In this document: piece by piece, positions 1 through 12,073 of the stretch
Layout of the letters: each line of letters begins with the position of its first letter
Numbering within the stretch: position 1 is the first letter of the stretch
Assembly (NCBI GenBank): GCA_002104905.1
Contig: MCFE01000488.1
Span: 1 to 64,000 of the forward strand
Direction of reading: 5' to 3'
DNA: 64,000 bases
Origin: Basidiobolus meristosporus CBS 931.73
Taxonomy: Eukaryota > Fungi > Basidiobolomycota
Program-made: the position numbers and the translations under genes
The notes under the pieces: model-generated
What the model was told of the DNA's origin: nothing
Seen by the model: the letters and a program-made list of their open reading frames with translations, nothing else
The model's database searches: none

Positions 1-286
1 TTATACACCATTATATTTCAATGACGATTTTCATTGTATATTCCAAATACAATTTGATGATATAGAGGGCAACCTCGCCAGGATCATATAGATAGAAACT
101 CACTCGAGGAAACGAAAAAGTTTATACACGTGAAGCGGGTTTGAAATAGAGAGATATAGATTGATGGGATCAACTTAGGAATTGGCAATGAATACAATAC
201 ACTTTATCAAGTGAATGGACGATTGAAGTTGGGGTTGGGTTCAAGCGGGCGGTGACGGAGATTAAATAGATAGATAATTGTACAGA

Positions 287-1672
287 CTAGTGGGTTGCTT
301 CGACAGCGGCAAATGTCAGGCTGTTTTGGGCGATGTTGTTAATTAAGATGTTGGGATTTGGTTCAAGCATCATTAGTTTCTTGGAGGTGCTTCTCCGGAC
401 AAGGGTCGCCTCTTTTTTGGGAAACAGATCTACTTTGTGTATTAATGGCAAATGTGCCAAAAGCTCTGATGGAGAGCTGAACGAAGGTATGCGTTGCAGC
501 TTCTGGCTTGCTTTGCTCGACTCTGACGGAATGGTCGGTGGTGGATAGGTTGGCATTAGCTTTGCTGCAGGCAGCTGGCTCGCATCACCTGCCGCTAACT
601 TCCCTATATCACGGCCCACTGAGTTTGAAGGGGTTGCAGCCAGTGGATGACCGTTTTCCCGAGAGCTTTTCGGTGAGGATGGGCTGGTCGAGTATTTGCT
701 TTGAATAATCGCATACTTGATGCCACTCAACCAAATTTTCAGATCCTCAAGACTCTCCACCTGCATGTAACAGGTAGGATGGTTGGGGTTTCTGATTTCG
801 ATGACCCAGCGACGACCGGGATATTTCTCGGTCACGCTTGCGGCAGTGTTTCCGGTGATATGTATTGGGTCCAAAGAGATTGCACTTGGTGTGGAAGATT
901 TGAAGCGGTATAATGCCTTGGGGGTAAGGACAAAAAAGCGGCGCTTCCATGTTTTGCGTGGTACAAATAGGTGGTTGTTCACACAGTATTTGTGTGCCCA
1001 GCCAGCCCACGAGGCCGCAATATATACCTCACTGAGTGTGATTGGATGCCGCTGAGAATGGCTAGTTTTGGAAATAGGCGTGGATGTAGAATTAGACACG
1101 GAGTCGGAGATGGCCGATCTGAATGTTGTGGCAAAGCGAGATGAGACTTTGGCGATGTTTTCCTGACTTATCCATAGATTCCGTGATTTCACCTCAACAT
1201 CTCTATCCGCCTTATCTTTGCTTTTGGTACTGCTATTGTCTGTCTCATCGCTCCCTTTTTTGCTACGATCTTGACTGAGTTTCTCCATATTGTGAAGACA
1301 ACCATCAAGCTCTTTCAATAGGAAGGTCACATTCGGAGGCAGTACTTTTCGCTCTGCAGGGCCACCAGCTTCAGGGTCAGATTCCAGATCCCCAATAGAG
1401 TGGATTGTGTCGAAGGAATCGATAGAAGCTCTTCGCTCAAAAGTTTGGCGTTGCAATACTATCTTGCCAAGGCAATTGCGCACCAGCTCTAACTCCAGTG
1501 CAAAATCCACTATGGACTCACCTCGAGTATTAAAGTATACTAAGGGATGTTCGTCTATGGCATTTTCCTTAGATGTGGGGTTGGTAAAAGGGGTGGGTTT
1601 ACGTGTGTTCGGGGCTGTGGGGTGTGTGGGGATAGGGCTAAGGTCAAGGCAATCAGTAAGAACAGCTGTCAT
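287..1672 (-). CDS. PH-domain protein, intronless, about 461 aa
   Basis: The ORF 287..1723 starts at GTG; the first ATG is at 1672 (MTAVLTDCLD). The central segment WKRRFFVLTPKALYRFKS...RRWVIEIRN...YMQVESLEDLKIWLSGIKYAI is a typical PH fold with its C-terminal W-containing helix. Confidence 0.8.
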   Translation of the reverse strand: MTAVLTDCLDLSPIPTHPTAPNTRKPTPFTNPTSKENAIDEHPLVYFNTRGESIVDFALELELVRNCLGKIVLQRQTFERRASIDSFDTIHSIGDLESDPEAGGPAERKVLPPNVTFLLKELDGCLHNMEKLSQDRSKKGSDETDNSSTKSKDKADRDVEVKSRNLWISQENIAKVSSRFATTFRSAISDSVSNSTSTPISKTSHSQRHPITLSEVYIAASWAGWAHKYCVNNHLFVPRKTWKRRFFVLTPKALYRFKSSTPSAISLDPIHITGNTAASVTEKYPGRRWVIEIRNPNHPTCYMQVESLEDLKIWLSGIKYAIIQSKYSTSPSSPKSSRENGHPLAATPSNSVGRDIGKLAAGDASQLPAAKLMPTYPPPTIPSESSKASQKLQRIPSFSSPSELLAHLPLIHKVDLFPKKEATLVRRSTSKKLMMLEPNPNILINNIAQNSLTFAAVEATH

Positions 1673-4506
1673 TGTTCGGCCCACTGATGGCTCACGGGTG
1701 CTGATGATATGCTGACGAGACACCTGAACTTGCGAGTAACTATGTATAAAGGTCCTCCTCGGGCGAAATACGGGACGTGGGATGGTTCAGGGGACTGGAG
1801 AAACTATCGAACCTGATGTTGTCTTCAATCTTAAAGCAATCAAAATGAGATGCGGAAGAGGTCGATTCAGAGTTATAAAGGCTCTACCAAGGTCGGCTGG
1901 GACTCCGATTTGCTCATGTAATCGTGAAAATGAGGGTCTTAGCATCACAGGTTTTATATCTGCGACACACCTTAAAGAAAAGCAAGTCCAATACTCAAAC
2001 AAGCATATTGGTTGAGGCTATCCATCCTAATCTAGGTTGAAAATAGATTATGGGGTGCAGGCTTACCTGATATGGACAAGCAAGAGAAAAAGCAATCAAA
2101 GCAGCCGAGCACAAAATAAGGGGACCGGGGCAACGATTGTCGTGGCCATACTGGCAAGCAGTGGGCCGTGTTTGAGAATCCGACCACCCCATCAAAGTAG
2201 CCAGCAGCAGCTAATCCAAGGCAGCCCGTTTCTCCAGAAGGAGATCCGTATCTATCTACATCAGGATCTCCGATGGCTTGAGCCCGACCCTACTGTTCCA
2301 TCACTCCTACTGGAGAAGCAGACCTCAATATTTACCAACTCCTAAAACCACGATGGCCAATGGAGTGCTGTAAGGGAAGGGTGGGCTTTCAATTCGCGTC
2401 TTGGATTAGTGCCCCATTACAACCCTTCCTTTAGGCATTTTTCACTTGAGATTCTCGAAAAACGACTAATGTGGATGGAGTAGCACCTGCCCTAGTTTAA
2501 GTTCAGATGATCCTATTTGGTAATCCTGAGACTACTATTAGGAGGTTCCAGCTTGCTTGGAGAAACTGATGGATTACCCGAAACGCAGCTCTTACCCAAG
2601 TGAAAGCATCAATGTTTCTTTCACCCATCCCGTGCGACCTGTGCAAATTACACTGAAACTGTAGCCCGGTAGATTTATCTGGTGGCATTTCGAAGGGTCT
2701 AGCCGTTTTCTTGATGGCTACTTGTTGCATTGCTTGTTTGTAGGCAGCGCTTCAAGAGCGAAATAAACTTTGTAGCGTACGAAACGATCGGGATGCAAAC
2801 AATTGACCGCTACTCTGTTACAACTGTGCAAACTCTTGCAATGATGTGACACGCTTTAGTAATATGATCACGAATTCATTTGGCCGCAAACTGGATCCAT
2901 CTCAGACCCTAGCTCTCATCACCCAGGTGGCTTCAAGGGCAGTTCTCAATCGCATACCGGAGACATGTCAGCGCCTTCCAGGCGGGATTTGGCATGGATT
3001 TCTTGCCGAACCGAGTGAACAGGCTATGGGGTGTTTCTGCTGATCGACATGACACATGCACGACTTGACACGCGCCTGTATAGAGACTTGGAAAGCCACC
3101 TACGTAGCTGTCTCATTGATAGAGGGTTATCAGGGGGGGGAGTACAATTTCGTTATTTGGGTGGGATGTTTTCAGATGAGTCATACGTTTCTCGACATGG
3201 GTCAATATTGCACAAAAGCAGTTGTGTGGGCGTTTTGACGAATAGATAGAGACAACTTTCTCTGTGATAATCAAGGGATTGTACCACAGTCAAATAGACA
3301 AAAGGGGAATTTCAGCGAGGTTGATTTCTCATTATAATCAATACATGAAACTCGTGAGCGTGCATAAGCAACTGCATTTTCGGGAGTCTTAGGCTGACTG
3401 GATGTTTGGTAGGCATCAGTCTCTATGGGCTAGGCAGGTGCAGGTGTCGGCCGTGGAAGCAATTCCTATTGCATTGCCACCATTCTTAGCAGTCGTGCCA
3501 ACCCAATGCATGAACTATGCTACCTAGAATCCGCTGGAGGATACAGACACTGAGGTTGTATGGCACATGAATCCCATGCGGGATTATGACATTTGACTGG
3601 AAAGAAGGCCTAGATTCATATCGGCGATTTGATGAATGGTTGCGGTAACATTGAAGGCCAATGGTACAGCCTTAATATGAGGATCTTGGGGAGTATGCTT
3701 CGTGATATGGCAGTTTTCTGCCCCACAGAATTCTGGCCATGAATGGACTAAGTGTGTGTTGTGAGTGCACCACTTCCGGCCATAAATGTGAAGGCAAGTA
3801 GATGAAATCTCAGTGTGACGAGACAAGATGCAACTATGATTCTGGTCCTATTCATCCATTGTATCGGCTAATTATAAACATTTTGTCAGCGTGCATGCAC
3901 CATGAAACTAGCCTCACACGATATCCATTGCGAGGGGAATTGTAGAACCAGATATCATTCCATAGGAATCCTTGCTACTTGGTACACTCGACGCTACGCT
4001 CCTGACGATCCCAGATTTCCCATAGAGTGGATAGTCAGATGAGCCCATTTCCAAAGCATTTCTGTAGCTCTGACTGTCGAAGCTATCCTGGCTGACTCCA
4101 CTGCCCGCTGTCCTCTACAGTAAACTTCTCGGCCTTTGCACTCCAGCTGCGCCGGCCGCGTGGAGTGCTGACTAGGAGTAATTCGGTGGTATCGCACCAA
4201 GGATCTGAATGCTTCCGTTTGGTTGAGAACCCTAGGATGTGGAGTTTGATTTGAAACGTCATAATACTTCTATGAATGGGTTCGTTTAGGATTGGCATTA
4301 CTTCTCTTCCAATGATAGACACCGACTATTCAAAAAGTAATACAAACGAAATACCGGTTCTAGGATATAGTATTACCCATCTGCGTCGATTGAAATAATG
4401 GAAGGCATTGAGAACTTTAATATTCATTAATGAAATACATCGTCAAAAAAGAGAATAGAAGATATAGGGTTTAAAATAGAATGTCGGCTTTTGGCAAATA
4501 AAAACA

Positions 4507-6156
4507 CTATCGCGAGTAGGGATGGTATCCATGGCGTGATGAATGGCCATTAGGAGCATTATGTTGGCTAGGGTTCCTTTGGGAAGATGGTGGAGGGCCG
4601 CGCATAGCACCTGAGCCACGAGAAGTACGACTGGATTCATTTGAGTACTCTTCGTCACGGTAACCAGAACCTCTACTCTCGCCATAGTTTTCGTAGCCTT
4701 GTGGCTGTCCGTACCAACCGCTGCTTCTGCCCACATCGGACTGACCATAATTGCTGTAGCCCCGATTGTAGTATCCGGCCATTGATGGATCATATCCTCT
4801 AGGATAGCTGCCGTAGCCACCGTAGTTGTAGTTGCTTTCATAACCTCCGTACATACCACCATATCCGTAGCCCATGTTTCCCCTACTGGTTCCACCATAG
4901 CGGTCGTAAGCATCACCTCTATTGCTACCTCTACTGCCATAACCGTAGCGACCTTGGTCATAGCCACCCCTTCCTCCCCGAGAAGAGGCCATAGAGCGAC
5001 CGCCTCCTTGGTACATATCTTGTCCGTTCCGACCAGGCGTTTTATGCTTTGGCATGGCACGTTTTACCTCGACCTAATACTTAGCGTTAGTGATGAGAAA
5101 TTTAGTGTTGCCTTTACACCAACAATACCATTTTCCCTTGGATGGCAAGATCGGGGCGTTGTAGTGATCTGTCGACACCATCTGAGGATTCAAAGGTAAT
5201 GAAGCCGAACCCGCGGGGGCGCCCAGTTTCTCGATCCGTCATGAGAGTCGCGTCAATTACTCGGCCAAATTGCTCGAAGAATGCCCTAAATTCATCCTCT
5301 TGTACCTCAGGCGCAATACCACCAACAAAAATTTTTTCGGTTTTTTCTTGCTCGTCTCGAGGAATTGCTCTCTTGGGATCCACCTTGAAGTGTAGATAGG
5401 GAATTTCGTCATGAAAATATACACTTTAGGCTTCAAAATCAAACGCACTAACCAATTTTCCATCTAGATGATGATCGCTTTTGAGCACTTCGTCAACTGC
5501 CCTTGGGTCTGCGAATGTTAAAAATCCAAAGCCTCGGGACCTTCCAGTAGCCGAATCCCTCATAACAACGCAGTCGGTAATTTCTCCGTACTTCGAGAAG
5601 TATTCCTGAAGAGTGGCTATAATCAATGTTTAGATAAGTGACGGTTGCAAATGGCAAGCAAGGAGAGAGTACCGTCTGAGGTTTCCCAGTTCAAGCCGCC
5701 AATAAATACTTTGCTAATAAATAAGAAAAGGGTTAGAAATCCAAAAAGACTGTTTAGGTTTTGGTATAACGAATGAAGGGAAAAGAGCAGCGTGCTCTAT
5801 CGATTTTAGATATTCACGCGATGACTATATGTGAAGTCGCTCTTTTGTGTCAAAGGACTACCATGATTCCTTCTCCAAAAAAGGTACAGCATATATAATA
5901 GAAAAACAAACAAGTGCACGTTAAAAAACTGAATATCTACTTGCCCTTCATCAGCTGTATTGTCTAGGCTGGGACGAGACATCTGGCCATTAGGGTCGTG
6001 GTTTTCCTTATCATCATAATAATTTGTCTCCCTCAAATTTACATGATTAAGGGAATACTGATGTTCACCCATGCCGGGCAAGTGGTTTGCTTCTTGGCCT
6101 GGATGGTAACCTTCTCCCGAATAATCGAGCTCGTTGCTGTATGCCTCTTCAGCCAT
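4507..6156 (-). CDS. HRP1: Hrp1/Musashi/DAZAP1-type RNA-binding protein (2 RRMs plus an RGG/YGG-rich tail), 412 aa, 5 exons
   Basis: Exons are 6156-5945, 5713-5673, 5616-5453, 5383-5129 and 5073-4507 (1239 nt, frame intact). RRM1 reads [16 protein letters not shown]...[16 protein letters not shown] and RRM2 reads [12 protein letters not shown]...[15 protein letters not shown]. Intron 1 must use a GC donor (GG|GCAAGT) to keep the frame. Confidence 0.92.
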
Positions 6157-7606
6157 GTGATAACCAAATTTTCTATGACTGTTCTGAGTGTGATGGATAA
6201 ACCTTTTTTACTTGAAGAGGAAGCTGTATATTAATTTCAAACGCATGACTACTAGAATTCGCTATTGTCTACACTTCCGTTAAGCGAAGCGAATTTTAGA
6301 TGTTATATAGAGGTAACTTTGAAAGACCTACACTAGTTGTCACTATTTTCTCCTAAACGTAAGCTCCTATCTGTAGAGTATGGGATTGATAAAGGATTCC
6401 CAAAGGAAAAGTCAACAATGTCAGAACAAGAGGATATATGATAAAGGAAAGCAAGATCAATAACAGCAAAAATATACGGAATATTTATAACGTGTTGCCA
6501 TGCAGAAAATATTATTCTGGGTGGTTTTATGATTTGGAAGCACGTCTTACCTAAAAACAAACGATATAGTCTAATTCTAACTGCGAAGGTGTTCAATATT
6601 ATTCTTAACGAATTAACCCTAAAGTATCAAAAGGAAAATTTTATAAACAGAAGCTATACGTAGAACGACATGGCTCCGAGTATTCACATAGAGCAAATGT
6701 TATCACTAACTTATAACTGGCAACTAATTTAAGCAATTCGCTGAAAGTGAGTACGCGTAAGAATTAGAGGAGAGGTAAAGAGATAAAAGTAGTAACCAGA
6801 TTGAAAAAAGAAGGTTTTTTTTTCATATCCTGTTCTAACATCTGAATGGGTAGTGAACACTTTGTCAGCCCCAGGAATGTCCAATCATGGTTAAGATAAA
6901 AGTGTAGTAGAAATAGTATAAATCAATACATTCTTACGAGTATAAAAATTAATTTAGGCCATTTTGGTGTATGAATAGATGTCCGTATCGCCGCGAATTA
7001 CCGATTGGCGAAAGACCTCTTGCCGGGGAACCACTGCATATTTGGGGGTTGTGACAGTATTTGAACGGATAGAGCTACAAATGCGTATATATTTGCGCAT
7101 CCAAACATCCCAGGCTTATGATGATTAGGATGAATCTAGGCACTTTAACGATGTTTCTTCGGAGTCGTGCAATACCTAAATGATAGAATGCAACGTAACT
7201 TCTGTCAAAACTTCTGGGTCTTATGTGGAAAAGCCACAGTCTCAGCCCCCTTCTACATGCTGATTTAATTGTATTCCACCACTAAGATGTGCCAAGTGTA
7301 GTAGGTGTTTAATTTTGTAGCAGATTGTTCATATTTCGTGACTCCATACTTGATACATATCTTCGAAATTAATTTGGACGCAAATTTCATTAAGGGCTTT
7401 TAGTCAATTTTGATGATTTGAGGAGAAGTTATGGAGACCAAGTGGTGTACGTATCTTTCTACCGCATTTTACAACACACCGCGATACCTATTTCGCCAAT
7501 GCTCTACAAGAAATATATAAACTTGAACTTAGTTCAATTAAATAACAGGTGAAAAGATACACTCAGCCTTATAAAGAATATCAAACTTGGATTACCTATG
7601 GTATTC

Positions 7607-7891
7607 TGTGTCAAGAGCCCTGGAGATATTAGAAGTGATTGGGAGAACAAGTAAATTATGTGGTTCTCTCTCAATGATTTATTGAATGTAAAAGTGGTAT
7701 TTATACTTTTACTTTGCCTTGGAATATTTTACCACAATATCAGGTACCCAGGGCATGAAAATTCTCAAAGTTGTCCATAAGCCCCCAAACTTTGCACGCA
7801 TGTTCTTGGGACCTTCCTAAGCATACTGAAAGTGTTTATCTCGTTGACCAAATTGATAGAGTATTTAGGTATATTACAAAATTCACAGCCA
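7607..7891 (-). mobile_element. Degenerate solo-LTR relic of the copia family at 58 kb, with an internal inversion
   Basis: 7607-7722 matches the reverse complement of the LTR 3' part (gagatatt.gaagtgattgggagaacaagta...gatttattgaatgtaaaagt). 7723-7838 matches the LTR middle in forward orientation (caggtacccag..catgaaaattctcaaagttgtcca...cttgggaccttcct). The flanks TATTC/TATTA may be a TSD with one mismatch. Confidence 0.75.
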
Positions 7892-10800
7892 TATTATGCC
7901 GACATTCTGCTAGTCTTTGGTAGTTTTTTTCATAGGGCAAGTTATCAGCTGGAAAGTTAAAATTCATATACCTAAGGATAGGCTATATAGGCATGTATCA
8001 TAATTATAATATATTACCGAATTCCTGCTGGTTAGGCTGCAGCATTGCAAGGGACAAAAACTGAAGGATGTTTTTGTATTTGTAAATTTGCAAGTCACTA
8101 TAAAATTTGCAGAGCTAGAGAAAACCTATCGGAAATTTCAAAATTGGTTTTTTATTTTATTTTATTGACAGCATTCATGTTTTTAAATACAACCTTGCGA
8201 TGGTATTCCACCGCAAATATAGGAATAAGTATAGTATAGTTCATTACTCTCAGAAAGCTAGAAACTAGAGTTGAAACTTTGCCTAGGAAGAGCATGTACC
8301 TTATGAAAAATCTCATACTTGAATTTCATACAATATTTATCTGGTTTTCCGCTGGTATTACGCTGGTATTTTTCCTTTAATTTTTTTAGTTGTAAATAAT
8401 TGCGGAGCATTGTAAGTTCTTGAGAAGGCTGGAAGAATGTATAATGCTTATATTTGGCTCCTAATCCTAATTGTTGGAGAACTGTGATCCAAGCTGGATT
8501 TTTGGTGATTTTTTTTGGTATTCCAATGGTGTTCAACAGGAATTTCTTATCAGGAAAAGTGTAGTCAGTGGCAAAGCATATTTCTGGTATCTATAGACTG
8601 GTATAGAGTTATGAGAAAGCCTCGTAAAACAAGTATGGTAATATGGAAGGTGTTGAGTGTTAGATTTATTTACTATTTTGCAAGTGTGACTTTCTACCGC
8701 TTCCACAATCCTGGAGATTTATTCAAGAGTATACTGAATAAGTTATAATAATGGGCCACAAATATAAATACCACAAATAGCGAATATACTATCCTGATAA
8801 ATCATCTCACCCGAAATATTTTTATATATATACCTTGCTCGCGACATTAAGAGGTGCGCCTAAAAAGAGGCCTACAGATTGCTTTTGGGCAAAATAGCTA
8901 TAAGCAATCTTGCACTTGGCTAGATCCTTCAAAGCACCAATAGGATGTTCACATCGGTAACCTTCTCCGCACAAATAAGCACTGAATCAAGTCACATAAA
9001 CCATTTGACAACTGGTGGTCTTCGATTACATTTCCTCAATCCATCAATATTTTGTTTGGTATTAATCGAAATCCTAAATGCTTCGATATAGAAAGTATTG
9101 CTAAATGCTTCAGAGACTAGCTAGTAACACTACTGTCGATCACATATGGACATACAAGCACCTACGGTTATACATTTATATGCCTGATGCTACGACAAAT
9201 TCAGTACTAAACTCTGTAATGGCCATTGTCCAGATAATTCCATTTTGTGGATAAATAGACCTATATTGGGTGTACTAATAATTAGATTTTGTTTGTCGTT
9301 ATTTTGTGTGCTCTATGCAAGTGCCAACGACAATACCTATGTTATGGCACCTTGTTATCACAGACCAACACTATAAGCCATCCCTGCATAGCCAGCCCCA
9401 GATTTTCAACAAGCCTAACAATGTCACTATGGTCGGATAGATGCACCTCTCTGGATCAAATAGGTTGAAGATAAATCACCATATACTCTCACCTGGTGAT
9501 TAAAATCGACACTGCAGCTATATCCTCAGTTGTTTGACTGCCACAATCGCTTTCCCCATTTGGAAACTTATTGTACATCTTATTTAATGGTGATCGTGAC
9601 CTACTTCGGTTCAAAACATTGACCATTTGGACCACATCTAATGGGCTTGCTAGCATTGAAATGATTAACACAGTTGCCACTCCCGAGGATGCTGAGCACT
9701 AGGAGCTTACTAGCAATGTGTACAAATTAATGATTTACTTGAACTCTGGGCTTTGTTGTATGGAGTGTGACTGATTCACGGTGAGGTGGCAGCAGGGCGA
9801 TTGGTCAAGCGCTATAACATGATAACACAAAAGGGATCATTTATTGATGGGCCGGGTGAAAGTTTCTGAGTCAACCTGGTCCAGATTACAACAACATGCA
9901 TGCCATCTTCCAGAACGAATGGTTGGTGACACAATGTAGTACATTCCTTGGGATCAGGAGTACTATCAAGTCAGTGGCTCAATTGAGCTATCACAAACTG
10001 GCGAGCATCCTGCAATTGTCCTTGGCTATATCTACGATATCCGTATAAATAAGAATCCCCGGAAATTAGGGCCCGTGACTTTCATTACCAATCAGGTATA
10101 ATATGAGGTTAGAGCTTTCAGATCAAAGTCATATCTCGTCTGAAGACGATCACATGGTGAGCTGAGACCTTATGGCTTTCGTGATCTGCTTCAATTTCTA
10201 GGGTGACGTGTTTATATGACATACTCCTGAGATTGAAAACCGTGGGCAGATCACTGCGTTGATTGGACACCCAAGTTGGATCCACTTTTAATATAACGTG
10301 AAGTAGGGTAGCAGATATTAGCAAGGCTCATCTCAAGACAGTCACGGAGAGACCCGTGTAATGAAATTCCACCAGTGCCTTGATAGTACCATTGGCATGG
10401 TTGGCAAGTGTTCGGTTTGCCACCGACTGCAGTATGCTTTGAGCTGCTCATCTTATCAGAATTCATAAGTGGAGTAGAAGAAGCACTTGCATAAGCATCA
10501 TAGGTTACCATATATTTGGCTTTATGTTTTATATTATCAAGTTATAATAATCTACTATATGGTGTTAGTGTACTATGCTTCATTTATAGAGTCATCATTA
10601 CATGTGATACATCAGTTGAATAAAAAAAGTACACGGAATATCTTTGTGATCAATATTTAAAACTCCCCACAGATATGGAACTACCGGCACCCAACCTGTT
10701 GGCCTCGATTGGATCTCAGGCAAGTCTAACTCTACAAATAATTTAGCGATACCTGCAAGACCAAGCAATGCATATCGTTCTTGTCGTACAATTGACATAT

Positions 10801-12073
10801 CTCTCCTAAAAGCTCTGTAAACAGCATGTCGTCAAGCATATTCCAATGGGGGTGATGTATGTGGGAGAGCATTTCGCCTAAAGAAAATATGCAGTTGAAA
10901 TACACGCAAATCAAATTACACTACTGTTGTTCAGGATGGTTGGTAATGGCGGATGTTGTTGCGAGCTCAGACCCTGCATCCCAAATCACGTTATTAGGGA
11001 GTATCCATTAAGCATGTTCTAAATTATATTATGAAGTTGCTTACCAGAATCAATCAAGTCTTGCCTTGAATACATGCATCTATTGCTTCCAGTTGCCTCG
11101 GCATAGAAACACATTCTGCCACAGACTTCAATTTACCTTGGGTGTCAACCTGATTAACTACGAAGGAGTATTTTCCTTGACTCACCCTTCAAGTAATGAC
11201 CTCTAGTATGTGTATCTGAATATACTATGCATGAGAAAGAGCTCATACTGAACCCACACTATATTGAGGCTAGATTGTCGAAAGCACTACTGAAACGTTT
11301 CAAATCTTAAAATTGACTCTTCCAAGCTGCCTTGATAAGAAAGCGTGGATCGAGTTCGATTATATCAGTAGGTATCCAGGATTCAAATAACAGGCCCAGG
11401 TGATTGGCAGCCTCGACACATGGGCACCCTGGTTGCGGTGGGAAAGCAATAGAGTGGAGCTGGCTTGGTGCGACATTGTGGGTATCTGATCCAATCCTTG
11501 AAAGTCCCGCCTATACGTTGGTGTTTATTTTATTTCATTATATCTTGGACTCCTGCAAATACTCATTCAAACGCTCCTGTGGCTTTCGGGATGGGGGCTG
11601 ATCTAAATTAAGCACATACAGGATGTGGTTTATAAATATATGCTTAGGTTTGCTTGCGAATTAATGGGATTATTGTATGCTGCCAGCCAATCACGGGCCA
11701 GTGGGATTTTTCAGCAACTTTATATAAGAGTCGCTCTCTCATCACGCTATCTTTCTGTGCCGAAACTTCATTGTCATCTCCTACCTCCATTATTCTCATC
11801 ACTGTCTATAATTTGGACATATTCCCCTCTAGTCAAAGACAAACTGTACCTTTTCTTTCAAGTGTAAATTAACTCCTGGTACCTACTCTGGCGTACGTTT
11901 CGTTCTAAGGCATTCAAACTCCATACCGACTTAACCTGGGAGCCAACAACGAAACAACGTAATAGATTTATCGTTTGTTTACACTATCGTGGCGTCGAAC
12001 ACCGATATTTATGTCATTAAGATCAAACAACTCAAACACCTCATACTTTCCCGATAAAACATATTGAGTCACT

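Noticed and set aside
1782-4322. Cluster of 60-100 aa ORFs on both strands, one with a faint integrase-like phrase (ILGSMLRDM, about 3690)
   Set aside because: There is no consistent frame, splice chain or diagnostic motif, and the similarity is too weak to call.
4443-5060. 205-aa alternative-frame ORF over the HRP1 last exon
   Set aside because: It starts at GTG right after a TAA and no splice route enters it. It is a by-product of Gly/Tyr-rich codons.
10118-10914. Short minus-strand ORFs with vague gypsy-like words
   Set aside because: No RT, RNase H or integrase catalytic motif could be aligned.
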